A DNA stretch of 64,000 nucleotides. Origin: Auanema rhodensis (taxonomy: Eukaryota > Animalia > Nematoda). Position numbers and translations under genes: made by a program. Where the stretch lies: positions 16,864,001 to 16,928,000 of the forward strand of contig OZ059894.1 in the NCBI GenBank assembly GCA_964057225.1. The letters run 5' to 3'. Shown here piece by piece: positions 42,930-55,071 of this stretch. Within the stretch, counting starts at the first letter, position 1. Every line of letters starts with the position of its first letter. The notes beneath the pieces were generated by a model that was not told where the DNA came from, searched no databases, and worked only from the letters and a program-made list of their open reading frames with translations.

Positions 42930-45900
42930 TATTGTATCTTGTTTTCATCTTTCACATTAAAGGACACAATTTTGTTAGAAAAAAGCAGCCTATTTTCTGA
43001 TCAAAAAACAAAATCATCCACACATAGCATAAAGTATTTTTCTGCCATCTCTCATATTTCTTTTACTATCTCTCAGGCTCTCGTCAGTCCATGTATGCAT
43101 GTTATTCCTAACAGAACAGAAACAAGTCGTGTTGCCAATTCAAAAACATTCTTCATAATGCTTACAAGCTGCTTGATACATACTTGATGACTTTAGAGAC
43201 GAGATCTTTACTCTTCGCTAATTCTTCATTTCTATTCGATTGCTTGTTCTCTCTCTCTCTGTGGTCATGTGTAGCTCGACTTTCTTGATCAACTTGACCT
43301 TTGTTTTTACGAGATTGTTCTATTACTATTATAGAGCATGGTTATATATCTATATAATCTATCTGGCATCTAACAACCTGACGAATAAGGAAGAACATCT
43401 GCTATATCTATCCGCCAAACCATAAAACATTTTCATCATATTCATGTTACTTCTTTAATTGAGTCTAATTAGTTTATGTATATAAAAAAAATTTTTTTTT
43501 CTCCAAATGTTTCAGAAAAAGCCAGCTAAATCCTTCACAAAAGGCTCATTCAATAGTAATTTCTGGGAAAAAAAAACCTTCATGAAAGTTGTTTTTGCAT
43601 ATTTCAGTGAATTTACTATTTTTCTGCACTTCTTTGCTTCCTCTCCCTACTAACACTTGTACATTCTCAGATTATCGTATTACAAATGTCTAGATAATCA
43701 TTAATTTCTGCTGAGCAAATTAATGAATATTATAAGCATTTTATTGTAATTCTGTCGTCACTTTGTCTATTCAAAATCACAAACCGACAACAAAGATAAC
43801 TGTGAATTGCCTGTTCCACTGATCATCCAATCCAATAAATCAGCTGGACAGCACGTGTATGTGCCGACCATATGGCCATTCTCTTCCTCTTCCTCTCTAT
43901 TTATCTTCAATATCTCGTGTATAATATGTATATCTTGCCACTTTTGACCTTTTTTTCTCTTGTGCCCTCATCCTAATTCCTATCGTCGTTAATGTCTCTC
44001 AATCAAGTCTCTTATGTTACTTACAAACCATCAGCTCAACTCAACTGACTAACTGTGTCATGCTCCTCCTCCGATCTGAGAGATAGAAAGAGTAACAGAA
44101 ACACAATCACTCAATCTCTCTTTTTCTCTTCCACACTCTTCCATTTTCGCCGACAACGACAAAGAACCACAATCATGAATATACATACATTTCACATAAA
44201 TAAATATATATATATATATATGAAATGTTGTATGTTGAAGGCTTTTTCAAATAACTTCGATTTATGTTTTTTTCTTCTATTTAGTATGTTTGCCCCGCTT
44301 GTTTTTCCATTCCTTCACGGTTCTTCCTTTATTCTATGATCATCTATCTCTACGCTCCAACTAAGTCTGTTCAGTCTCTGTCATTTCTATTCAACTTGTT
44401 TATTCAACTACAACTTTTGCATTCGTTTTTTTTTCAATTTTTGCAGTTAAACTTTGATATTATTAATTAAATTCATTCTTACTTCATTTTGCAACTATTA
44501 CGAAATGCACAATGAATTAAAATTATTTTGTGACTACTAGACAACTCTATATCTCATTTTCTCAATCTATCTCTCTATATTTTTCTCTCTCTTTCTCTGT
44601 GAGAGCTGAAATCCTTTTTGGTTTTTGTCTTCTTGCCCTCCTGTGCGTATCTGGTCTTCCAGTCTTATCTCTCACAACTACGTAACGAGACAATATAATC
44701 TCAGATTACTTGATATAGTATTCTGGTAGCATCGTAAGTTGTTGAGCATTGAGTTTCAAAACATAAATAACAAAAGATAGTTCATCAAGAATACATTTGA
44801 ACAACTCATTTTAATAGAACAAAACTTGTTTTATGACATGTTTTCGTATGTACTATCCCTCAATATATCTGACACTCCTCTTCTTTTTTTTGTCTTTCAC
44901 TCTTTCTCTCTTTTAAAGCCAATATGTTTCTCCATTTTTTGTCTTCTTTCCGTTCATCCGACAAAGCTACAACCATTTGTGTTTGCGAAACATCGAAGAA
45001 ACTTATTCATCAGTTATACTATTGCAGCTCGAAATGGATTAGTATCAACTTCGAGACTAGCTATGCAATGCTAATTTAAACGTTTTTTTTCCAATTTTCC
45101 ATTATGTGTAATGAATTTGTGATCAAGGCATCTAGGAAATAGCCCGACTCATCTTCTTGAAAGGCTTTATTCATGGCAATATTCTGAGCATCTCTAAACA
45201 GAACAGCAAATTCTTTTGAACAGTGAGGTGACAACGGATGCGACCTAGGCTATATCTCGTAAAAATGTCATTTTTTGTGTTTTCCTGCAGACACATGTAG
45301 ATGTTTCCATGTTTTATTCATTCCGCTCTGCCTATCTATATATCTCTTCTTCAATTCTAATTTGCCTGTCTTCTCTTCATATCAAAATGCCTTCGTCTAA
45401 TCTCTCCTCCGTTATTCGTGTTGGCAAAAACCAGACGATTGTAACGAAAAAGACAACGAGGTTAGGCAGTATGCGGATCAACATGGTTAATGACTATATT
45501 AGGCCGATTGTCATCTTCTTCTTCATCATCTCTTCAACAACCTCAGTCTTTCTCTCTTTCTCTCTATTATATCATTCCATTCGTCTCTCTTTGCCACATC
45601 TGTCCCCAACACTCATAGAGATATGAAAAGACTGAAGTATAAAGAGAGATAGAGAGATGGTGAGCTCATTCGCCACCCTCTTCGTTCTCTTTCATTTCCA
45701 ATACTAGCAATTATTTATAGTGAACAGCTTGGTCATTCTCTATGTCTTTTCTCAGATGACAGACTTATAACTCGCGAATCGTCTGCCTGTTTCCGTATTT
45801 GACTAACTTTCCAAATTTAGTAACTCTGCTGCTTATTCAACAATATTCGTTTTCTTTTTCACTAAATAAATTTCTTTTTCACATATGTTTTTGGGTTGCT

Positions 45901-48889
45901 GAATTGCTAATTCTTTTCAACAATTCTCAGACACACTCATAAAATCTTGTCGGAAGATGTCAGTTCAATATCTTGTGAACTGTTTTTCATTTTTTCTTTT
46001 TTCTCTCCGTTTTCTGTACTCATCCTTCATTTTTTGTATCGAAATCTGTTCTATTTGTGTTGTCAATAGAACATCTTGAACTAAACTTTTCTCATTTATT
46101 CATTCCCTTCATCTTCCCATCTCTGTTTCTCTCTCAGTTTCATTCTTAATCTGGCTTTCTCTTTCCTGTATTCCAGTTCAACTTTCACTATTCTTTATAT
46201 CGGTTTATCTGTGTTTTATTTGAAATCTGAGAAGCCAATCGCATGAAAGACTTTGTGCTTCACTTCAGCTAAATGGGTGGCCGTAAGTCATTCTGTTTGG
46301 CATTATGGCATCTTCATCCGTTCCGTTTCTCAGGATTGAATTCTTATTTTGAGTCCAACGGCCTTATGCCTTTGGCAATCGGACAGCTTGAGCATGTTTT
46401 CCATTTTCGGCAATTCGACACCGCCATCATCGCTAGCAACGAGAGTCTGGTTTTCTTTGTGCACAAGACACATCATTCTACTCATCTTTCCCTCTTGAAA
46501 CCATGACCAGAAGCTTGCAATTATATTCAAGTTCATTAACTATAAACATTTTCTAATAACTTTTGAGTATCATTTATTTGAAAAGTTATATAATGACACT
46601 TATTAGATTGCCTTGGCCAGACAACATTCAGAGTTCTGAGCCCAATGGCAAACCTCACGTGATCTTTATCCGTATTTGGACTTTGTTTTTCATTTCCATA
46701 GCCTACCAAAGTGAGTACCTTTTGCTCCCTCTCGTTTTCATTTAATCTATCGTAGACAAAGATACATTTTGAGGCTATTTTGTCGTTTAGATTAGTTCTT
46801 TGTACAGTATTTTGATCTTCTGTAATAAAACAATACCGTTTTATAGGATGACTGAAAAGCATTTATAGTATCTTCTATCCCTTTACAGTTCTCTTTTTCT
46901 CTATGTTCACTTATTGCTTCAGATCTTCCATTCACTGACCCTGTGTTTGCCTTTTTTCTCTTTGGTATGTGCTTTGTGCCATCATACTTATTCGATGGCG
47001 GCTACAACAGGATCTCGGGAACAGCCATCAGCAACGTGCTACGATGCGTCCGGAAACTGTCATTGTCAGCAATAACTGTTTATTATATTTTCTTAAATCT
47101 CACTTATATTTATTCAATTCGAAACTGCTTGCTTAACATTAAGCATGACTCCACAGCCAAACATCAAGCTTCTGTTCAACCGTTTTATGGCCATTTCTCA
47201 CATTTATAATTCCGTTATTCAAGTACCTCCATTCATCTATCTTTCTCTTTTTGCTCTTGTTTTGAATCGGAGAACAACGCTTGAGAAAGCTTCAGCCTTT
47301 GGCTTCATTGCCTCTAATTCGACGGTTTGCAAGCACATACATAGCAGCAACAGCGCCCGACATTTAATTCTTTCATTTCCATTTTCTTTTCCGTTTTTTG
47401 TATTTTTAACAAACGGATGAGCGATGAACTTTCTCCTCATTCTAGTTCATCTTGTCTCTTCATCATCGTCTAACGCAAGCTCTCCCAATCGTTCTCGTTC
47501 ATTTGCTATTACTGATTTATACAGCATATGAGCAAAAGAGATTTCGTCGAAACAGTCAAACAGTTTTCTCTCAATTCTTCCCTTATCTTTCATCTTTTCC
47601 AACTTTTCTCTCATTCTGTGCACTATTTTATTTTTTTATTTTCTGAAATGTATTTTTTCTTTCTTTTGCAGCCTTCATCATAAGTTTGAGTTAATTTTTC
47701 TCGTGAACTCGCTATGTTTTGCAATTTCTTTTCAAAGTAAATTCTGTACTTTTTTTCGAATGCTTAGTCTTTCTAACTGCTTATTGAGACTACTTTTTTT
47801 ATTTTTTCTTCTCTTATACAGCTTTGATAACATGGTTTGAGCATGCTTTTCAGAATAACAATACAAAGATGGCTGCACTTTATAAATCCTTTTATGGATA
47901 TTAAGCTTTTTTAAATTTTGTTTTCTCATTTTTCTGTTTTGTGCAAGAAAAAAAATAATTGAAAGATGAATAGTTAGACATTTTAATCAACTTTAGCACA
48001 AAGAAGAAAAATGATTAAGACATCTGCGTCAACGACGATGTTTGCTTCTTAAACGTCGCTGCTGCCTTTTTCCTCATCTACTTCTTCTTCGTGTTCGTTG
48101 TCGTCATCTTCTTCGTTTCTTTCCTCCTTCTCATCACCATCATCATCATAATCATTGTCATTATTAACGTTGATCATGTAGAAATGACAGCAATGAAGAA
48201 GAGAATGAGGAAAGACAAAACAAAAAAAAACGTTGCAGCTGGCTGTTAGATAAATATTTTGATGTCAATCTATTCGAGCAGTACTCTTCCTTCGACATGA
48301 GCATAAACATCAAGCGTTCGACCTATGATGACTGTTATTTTTCTGTCTAATATACATTGTATTTTCTTATTTTCAATCATCTTCAAATTGTTTTTTGTTC
48401 ACTTCATTTTTATATATATATATATATATATATCTATCTCGTTCTCCTAGTTCTCCTAGTTCCTCTCTCGAAATCATCTACTTGATGTATCTACATTTCA
48501 AGCACTTTTCTCCTTTTATCTCAATGAATATGCCAAAATGGTGAACAATAGATGAACGCATGTATATATCAATCTATGTTATGTGCCTATCTGGGTGTAT
48601 ATGTCATTGTGCCTTCGGGGTTACTTGGTCTAAGGTCGGGTCAAACTACGGACTTAGATATCTGGGATACGCAACTTGCAACTGTTTTTCATGTCAATCT
48701 ATCGGTTTTGTGTCTTCTTATCCCTCTCACCATTATTATCTTACATTATTCTGAACTTATTTTTCTATAGGTAGTTCAGATTACATTGATGTCAATGAGT
48801 TTGGGGCTAAGCACTCGACATGGGAGCTCATATACTTTTGTGCTACATATCGTAACCCTCTCTTTCTCTCTCTCTCGTTCGGCTTGTCT

Positions 48890-48928
<39 letters not shown>

Positions 48929-51334
48929 CTTTTCTCTCTGTTTTTCTATTAATATATCTTTTTATTTTAAATTATATATATTTTTTTCTGATTTTTGTTC
49001 AACTATTTTCGTTCCAAAACTTTCATGCAATGATTCTGCTCAATTTCAATGTTTTTCTCATTGTTCAACGAATTTTTTCTTCCGATTTATCTAATTTTCT
49101 GATTCATTTCAGCACATTTAATCTGCAATGTCGAGCAGCACATACAACTTGCGACCTATACTACTACCTTCACCACCGCACAAAAAAATGGCCATGGTTT
49201 GTGTTTTATTGACATATTTTCTTGATTTTCTCTTTCTTTTTCGAAAGTTTAAATTATTTTTCTGAGCTGAACTCAATGTTTTGCAGGAACCATCTCCAAC
49301 AGAGCTATTCAATAGATCTCCATTACCGTCTATTGAAACTTTACTACCTCAATCACCTCATTCTCCTTCTAACTACTATCAACAAAACGGATATTGCTCC
49401 TTTAATCCCGGAAATGGTAAGTGTTTATCAATGTTCTCTCTCTTTCTAACTTAGTCCATACTATTTTATTTTGTAATTTCAAATATTAAGTATATAAAAC
49501 ACCAAAATTGCTTATATAATTCCGAATAAAACTAATTATATTGTTGATTTCAGGTACTATAACCCCTCTGCATCAGCCATTAACAATAATCACAGATGAA
49601 CGGTTTCTTAACGGCTCTATGTATTATCCACCGCAGTACCCTATCAGCTACTGCAATCAGTTCCAGCCATTGTATTAAAAGACAAAAAAGACAAAAATCT
49701 ATATCATCGTGTAATATCATTCAAGGAAAAAGTTCTTTTTATAGTTAAATATATACATATGTGTTTATATACATATTTTATATATATCCATACATGTATA
49801 TGTTATAAATGACGGGTTTTTACATATTGTGACAAGCTTTAAATGAATAAAGATTATAAATTATATTTTTTCTTTTATTATTAATTTTATTTTGTCTCTC
49901 ATTTCTTCATAGTTTCTCTTTCTCTTCCTCTCTTTCTTCCATTCTCTCTATTATTTGTATTTGAATTACTTTAATTTAGCAACAAAATCAAACATATTCA
50001 ATCATCATGAGAGGCTAAAGAACAATATTAATTTTTCGTTTATGTTCATGTAAAATTTATCAAAATATTTCCGATCGCTGAATTTATAAGGCTGTTCAAA
50101 TATACAGCAAAAAGAAAAACATTTCCAGGTTAGAAATGGAACTATTTCAATCAAATTTCGACGTTTTATTTAAATAGTTTATCTTTTCCATAATTGAATT
50201 TATTCTTTTTTTTTCTAATTTTCTTATATAATATAATATATTTTGAAAATTTTTGAAACAAAAAAAAAAGAAAGCGTACCCATAATCTGAGGACAGTCAT
50301 CATCACCAGGCTGAACTCTCGCAGCTATCATAACGCTGCGAACACGATTATTTTCATCCAAATATAACCTTCTACTTGTATCTAAATTCCTCTATTTATT
50401 TATTTTCCAATATATCCTACTGTTTTTTCATTTTTTTTTTGAAAAAAAAAACTTATTCGAAAGTATTTACGAGAAAAACGAACAATGTTGTGTTGATCCA
50501 ACAAAATATTGAGAATGATAATCTTCTAAGCTATGACGACTTCCCCCACAACCTGTAAAAATATTTTAAATTGTACTCTGTTCTTCATCTTTTTTTCAAA
50601 GTTTTTTTCCTTGAAATCATTGTTTATTTGATCTTTTGTCAATATTGAAAATTGGTATTAAGAAAAATACAATCACTATACTTCAATCAACTCTAAGTAT
50701 GAATAGTGCAAATATTGAAATGAATAGTTTCAAGTGATATATGACTTGAATTCTCTATTTTTTTCAAAAACAAAATGGCTTTTATGAGCTAGTTTTTTCT
50801 TTTCTTTTCTTTTTTTTTTTGAAAAATTGCCCATTTCATGTTTCTGTTTGTCTAATTATACTGATTTGTGTGTTCGAAAAATGCTACAAAGTATTCTCTT
50901 AAAATCTCTTGAGCTTCAAATTAAATGAGACATAACATCAGAATCAGAATATACTATAGTAAAATGGAACAAAAAATTTTTTTTCATATTCTACTAATCA
51001 GAGATTGGAATATGTTATTTTTGATTTCAATTTTGATAATTAATTCAACAAAATATTAAAATATCGTAGAATTGAAACCTTTTGATAATAATAAATCAAC
51101 TGTCTAAATATAATTTGATAGCTATTTTTGATTAAAAACCAGTCAATGAAATAAAGAACTAATAAAGTTAAATATGAAAAGAGGAGGAACATACAAGATG
51201 TGTTTTTTAAAAAATAAAAATAAATTTGTAAAACAAGAAAACTAACCTCGAATTGCAAACCGAATACAACATGACATCACAAGTATCATGACAAAAAGAG
51301 GTGTGAAATATGTTAAAAGATCGTTATCAATCAT
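29044..51334 (-). CDS. Single-pass membrane protein with two PPxY motifs (194 aa; 5 exons; ~20.9 kb intron 3)
   Basis: Exons 51334-51247, 50552-50484, 50381-50280, 29410-29294 and 29252-29044, all joined by phase-1 GT-AG introns, give MIDNDLLTYFTPLFVMILVMSCCIRFAIRGCGGSRHSLEDY...DCPQIMGYVLDPSLLTSTPLSPIPPRYEDALKPIASPPKYEDTSGECSDSSSVF...HIKSAR*. The architecture is a TM segment, CC, then PPRY and PPKY. The individual exons are well supported; the long junction is inferred. Confidence 0.65.
34798..34812. repeat. C15 homopolymer (G15 on the minus strand; G-quadruplex-capable)
   Basis: 15 consecutive C in otherwise AT-rich DNA. Confidence 0.9.
42896..42926. repeat. (AT)n microsatellite
   Basis: Uninterrupted atatat run. 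Confidence 0.9.
48896..48926. repeat. (CT)n microsatellite ~200 bp upstream of the nested gene's acceptor
   Basis: Uninterrupted ctctct run. Confidence 0.9.
49128..49678 (+). CDS. Small Pro/Ser/Tyr-rich protein (107 aa), nested antisense within the intron of the PPxY membrane-protein gene
   Basis: Exons 49128-49196, 49287-49416 and 49554-49678 give MSSSTYNLRPILLPSPPHKKMAM/EPSPTELFNRSPLPSIETLLPQSPHSPSNYYQQNGYCSFNPGN/GTITPLHQPLTIITDERFLNGSMYYPPQYPISYCNQFQPLY*. Supporting signals: ATTTCAG acceptor 15 nt before the ATG, TTTTGCAG and ATTTCAG acceptors, a GTAAGT donor, and AATAAA at 49846-49851. Confidence 0.75.
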
Positions 51335-51602
51335 CTTAATTATAAAATAATTAAGATAAGTAAAGAAATAATCAGATATATTATAGTTAATTATAAAAAA
51401 CTTTAAATAATGAGTAGAAAAAAATAAAAAAAAGAATGAAATGTTCAAATACGTGAGGTAACAAGATCAAATGAAAAGTATTATTTACTACTTGTATTAT
51501 AATATATATTTTTTTGAATCGAAGACTTCTAGAGAACAGAGAGTTGAAGTAATAGAAAAAAAGCAACTTAATTTGTAACTAAAAATGGATAAAGGGAGAT
51601 GG

Positions 51603-51604
51603 AG

Positions 51605-51660
<56 letters not shown>

Positions 51661-51682
51661 GAGAGAGAGAGAGAGAGAGAGA
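51603..51682. repeat. Compound (GATA)n(GA)n microsatellite upstream of the minus-strand PPxY gene
   Basis: agatagatagatagatagagagagag..., read directly from the sequence. Confidence 0.9.
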
Positions 51683-54600
51683 AGGGAGAAAATAAATAAT
51701 GAGAGAAGGTGTTAGAATGAACAGTAAAACAAGAATTTAGTTGTGCACAGAACTAAAAAGAGATTTAGCAAAATAGGCTATATTTCAACAGTTGTAGCAA
51801 ATTGAAGTGGGTATTTTGGTTTTTTAGTATCATTATCCAGATTATTGGATTTGACTGTTAGTCCTTAGGTGACTAGTAGATTAAAGTTTTTCTTTCATGC
51901 ACTCAGCTTCTTCAACATTCAATTGAAGAAAGGTGAGTAATTGTATAATAAATTCATTTATCGTCCGAAAGCAGTAATGGAAAAGGTTAGAAGCAAATAG
52001 CAAATGAGCAAAGATGAAGAAGATGATTATGTGATCTGTTGCCGACACACGAATAAGGGCATAACGATGATGAGATCGGAAGCTTAAATCTTGTGAAGAA
52101 CAATTTTGAAACATTCAGACAGCGAGATTGTATGTACATATGTATGTATGACGCTGATATAAGTGCATTTTCATTCCTCTAACAGCAAAAGATTAAACTA
52201 TTGGATTGGAATATATAAATATATTTTTATATTTTAATATAAAATAATAATAATAATAAATATATAATATACTTATATGTATGTATATGCATATTCATAC
52301 ATACGGAAAGAAAATTGAGGAGGTTAGGCTGATTTTCATGGTTTCCTGACAAATAAAAAACAGATTTGCTGTATATAACTTATAAAATATATATTGAAAT
52401 ATAGAAAATATTTTAAGAAATTGATTAAATGATGTTTGATTTATCAGATTCAAAACATGCCTGAGCATATGACTTTAGGGAAATTATTGTAATTGCGATA
52501 ATTTTTCCAGTTGTAAATAATGAAAAAGAACTTCGTTGTAAAGAAAAAAGTTTTGCTCTTTTTCTGCTTTTTTTAGATTAAGATTATGATGATATAGCAT
52601 TTTCACAATATATGCACATCAATAGCTTAATCTGAAAAGAAAAGGCAAACGAGGGAATAAGATATAAAGAGAGAGAGATAGAGAGAGAGAGGGGGGGGGG
52701 AGACAGAGAGAAAGAGGGAGAGAGAATAAAATCAAAAATATTAATAATATGCTTCTTTACTTTTATTTTTTTTGCTTTTCTTTTAATTTTATGATCAATC
52801 ATTTCTGGGATAATCTAAAATCTATAAGCTTTTCGATTATATATGATATACATACATGTATGTATGTGTAGAATAGACATCAACATCTATCAAATCTATG
52901 TATAAGCTATTCATATTTAACTAAATAACTAAAGTATACACTGAATATAAGAAATGAATAAAAAATATAGAAGAACAGGAAACCAAAAAAAAAGATAAAA
53001 AAGAATTTACAACAAATAATTTATAATTTAATTCAATTTTATACATTATAATAAATATAATTTATCAAATTTTAAAATAAGTTCAAGAAAATGTTTAATT
53101 TATCCAGAATATTTTAAATGTAACATTATGATTGAAAGCATCATGACGTATCGCATCAGAGGCATGAACTTAAAAAAAAGTCAAAATAGCCATTGCTTTT
53201 TTTCGAAAAATTCGATGCTGTTTCTGAGTCCAAGACCAAATGTGCCAAAGTTAAATCGCTTTGAGTTCCTCTATGGAGAGAATAAGTACTCGTGGTAGGT
53301 CAATGAAACTAGAAAATGACAAGAAATGGGGGGCTGCATGTAAACGAGTGGGTGAGATTTGACACAATGTATATAAGGAAACCTCAGTCTATTCCTCTCG
53401 TTCTCTGACTACTACATTCTATCCGCACACTTCTGTTTCACGTAATCTTACGTGAAATTTGAATTTGCAATCTGAGCTTCATTTAGAGTTTGAGAAAATG
53501 GCAGAACGGTTGTTTTTCATATCTTTCTTCACATCCTCAGTTTTCTTTTTATATTTTTTCTTTTAACATATCTTAGAATCATTCACTATTTCTCAATGCT
53601 TCTTCTTTTTTTTTGGAAAATTTTCAATCTCTCAGCATCTTGATGCCTATTCTCTTCTTTTATCCCGCATAGATCTCTTGTTCTCTCGTTCATTTTGCTT
53701 TCCTTTTTGTCTTTTCCTCTCCTTTGTCGCATAACTTCTCCTTGCTCTCCTATTCTACCTAACAACACAGAATTAATCATAGCCAAAAAGAATAATGGAT
53801 TTTCCATTAAATACCGATAGTGTTATAGAATTGAAATAAACACGTACACACGCAGAACAAAAAAATGTTCAGCGGCATAAGACTACAAGGCTTGTACTAC
53901 ACGTAAAGCCAAGTTGTATAAATATATATATACATCAATTGTATGATTAATAGAATTCAAATTTGTTATAAACATTTTGGATTCATAGGGATCACTCACT
54001 AATGGTCTAACTAATCTGACAGAAATTACTAAAAAGTTAAACAAAAATAAACAAAAATAGCTGTGAATCAAGTAATTTTGTTGAAACCGTTAAAACAGTT
54101 GAAACATGAATAATATAAGATGTAGAATACACTTTTTATACTGAAAAGACAATACAAATGAAATCTTTTATAATAAAAATGAATTATAATTAAAGACATT
54201 TACTTATAAATTAGGAAAATGTTTAGAAAAATTAATATTTAACTAAACTTACTAAGAACAAACTAAACTTCAGATAATTAAATTATAATCTAGTATAAAA
54301 TCATATAAGATAGTATACATCATAACATTTTACTAAAGATATTAAAAAAAGTGAGCAAATATGCTAAAAACTTAGAGAAAAGCTTGAAAGTGAAAGAAAG
54401 AGGGAGGGAAAAAGTGGGAGGATAGAGAATGAAAGAACGAAGTAGAGTAATGAAGGAAGCATGACATATTTGGATAATAGCTTCAAGGAAAGGAAATGGT
54501 ATGCATGAATTGGCTATTTCTTCTTGGAAAATTAAAAGAAAAAATGATTTAAATCAAAAATGTTGAAGAAATTCTCAAAAAATAGAAACAATTTAAGATA

Positions 54601-55071
54601 AATTAAATTCTTTGTTCCTTCATCTTTACCTTAAACTGGTCATTCGCCCTTTTTCAATCTTTTTAATCCACGTAGGATTATGCGAAACAATTATTTTCGG
54701 TATTTCATGAAGCTCCCTTAATAAATTTTAAAGCATATCATTATATTTTAAAATAAAATTAGAATATTATTTAATTAATGAGAAAGAGAAATTGAAAATA
54801 TATAAAATAATAAGTTTATATAGTAAATAATTTGAAACAATAATATATATTGTGATAATTCTATAAACTATTATCAATTTCTATTTACTTTAATTATCAC
54901 TTTTCTCTTTTCAACTATGCAGATACTATATTTAGCATAATAATGCTGTTCAAACAATATTTGGAAATCTAAAATATTGAAATAAATTTGAGTGCAATTA
55001 CATCGTTTTTTTCTTTAAAATTTTCATATAAAAGTGATAGGAAAGCTTGAAACAATTGTCCATTTGTCATT

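Noticed and set aside
46244-46300. TGAAAGAC, the 5' end of miR-71
   Set aside because: Only the first 8 nt match. The rest diverges from mature miR-71 and I see no convincing hairpin.
30700-49100. Many 60-115 aa F/L/S/I-rich ORFs on the + strand in the ORF track
   Set aside because: They are by-products of T/C-rich low-complexity DNA that is poor in stop codons. They have no consistent splice structure or recognisable motifs.
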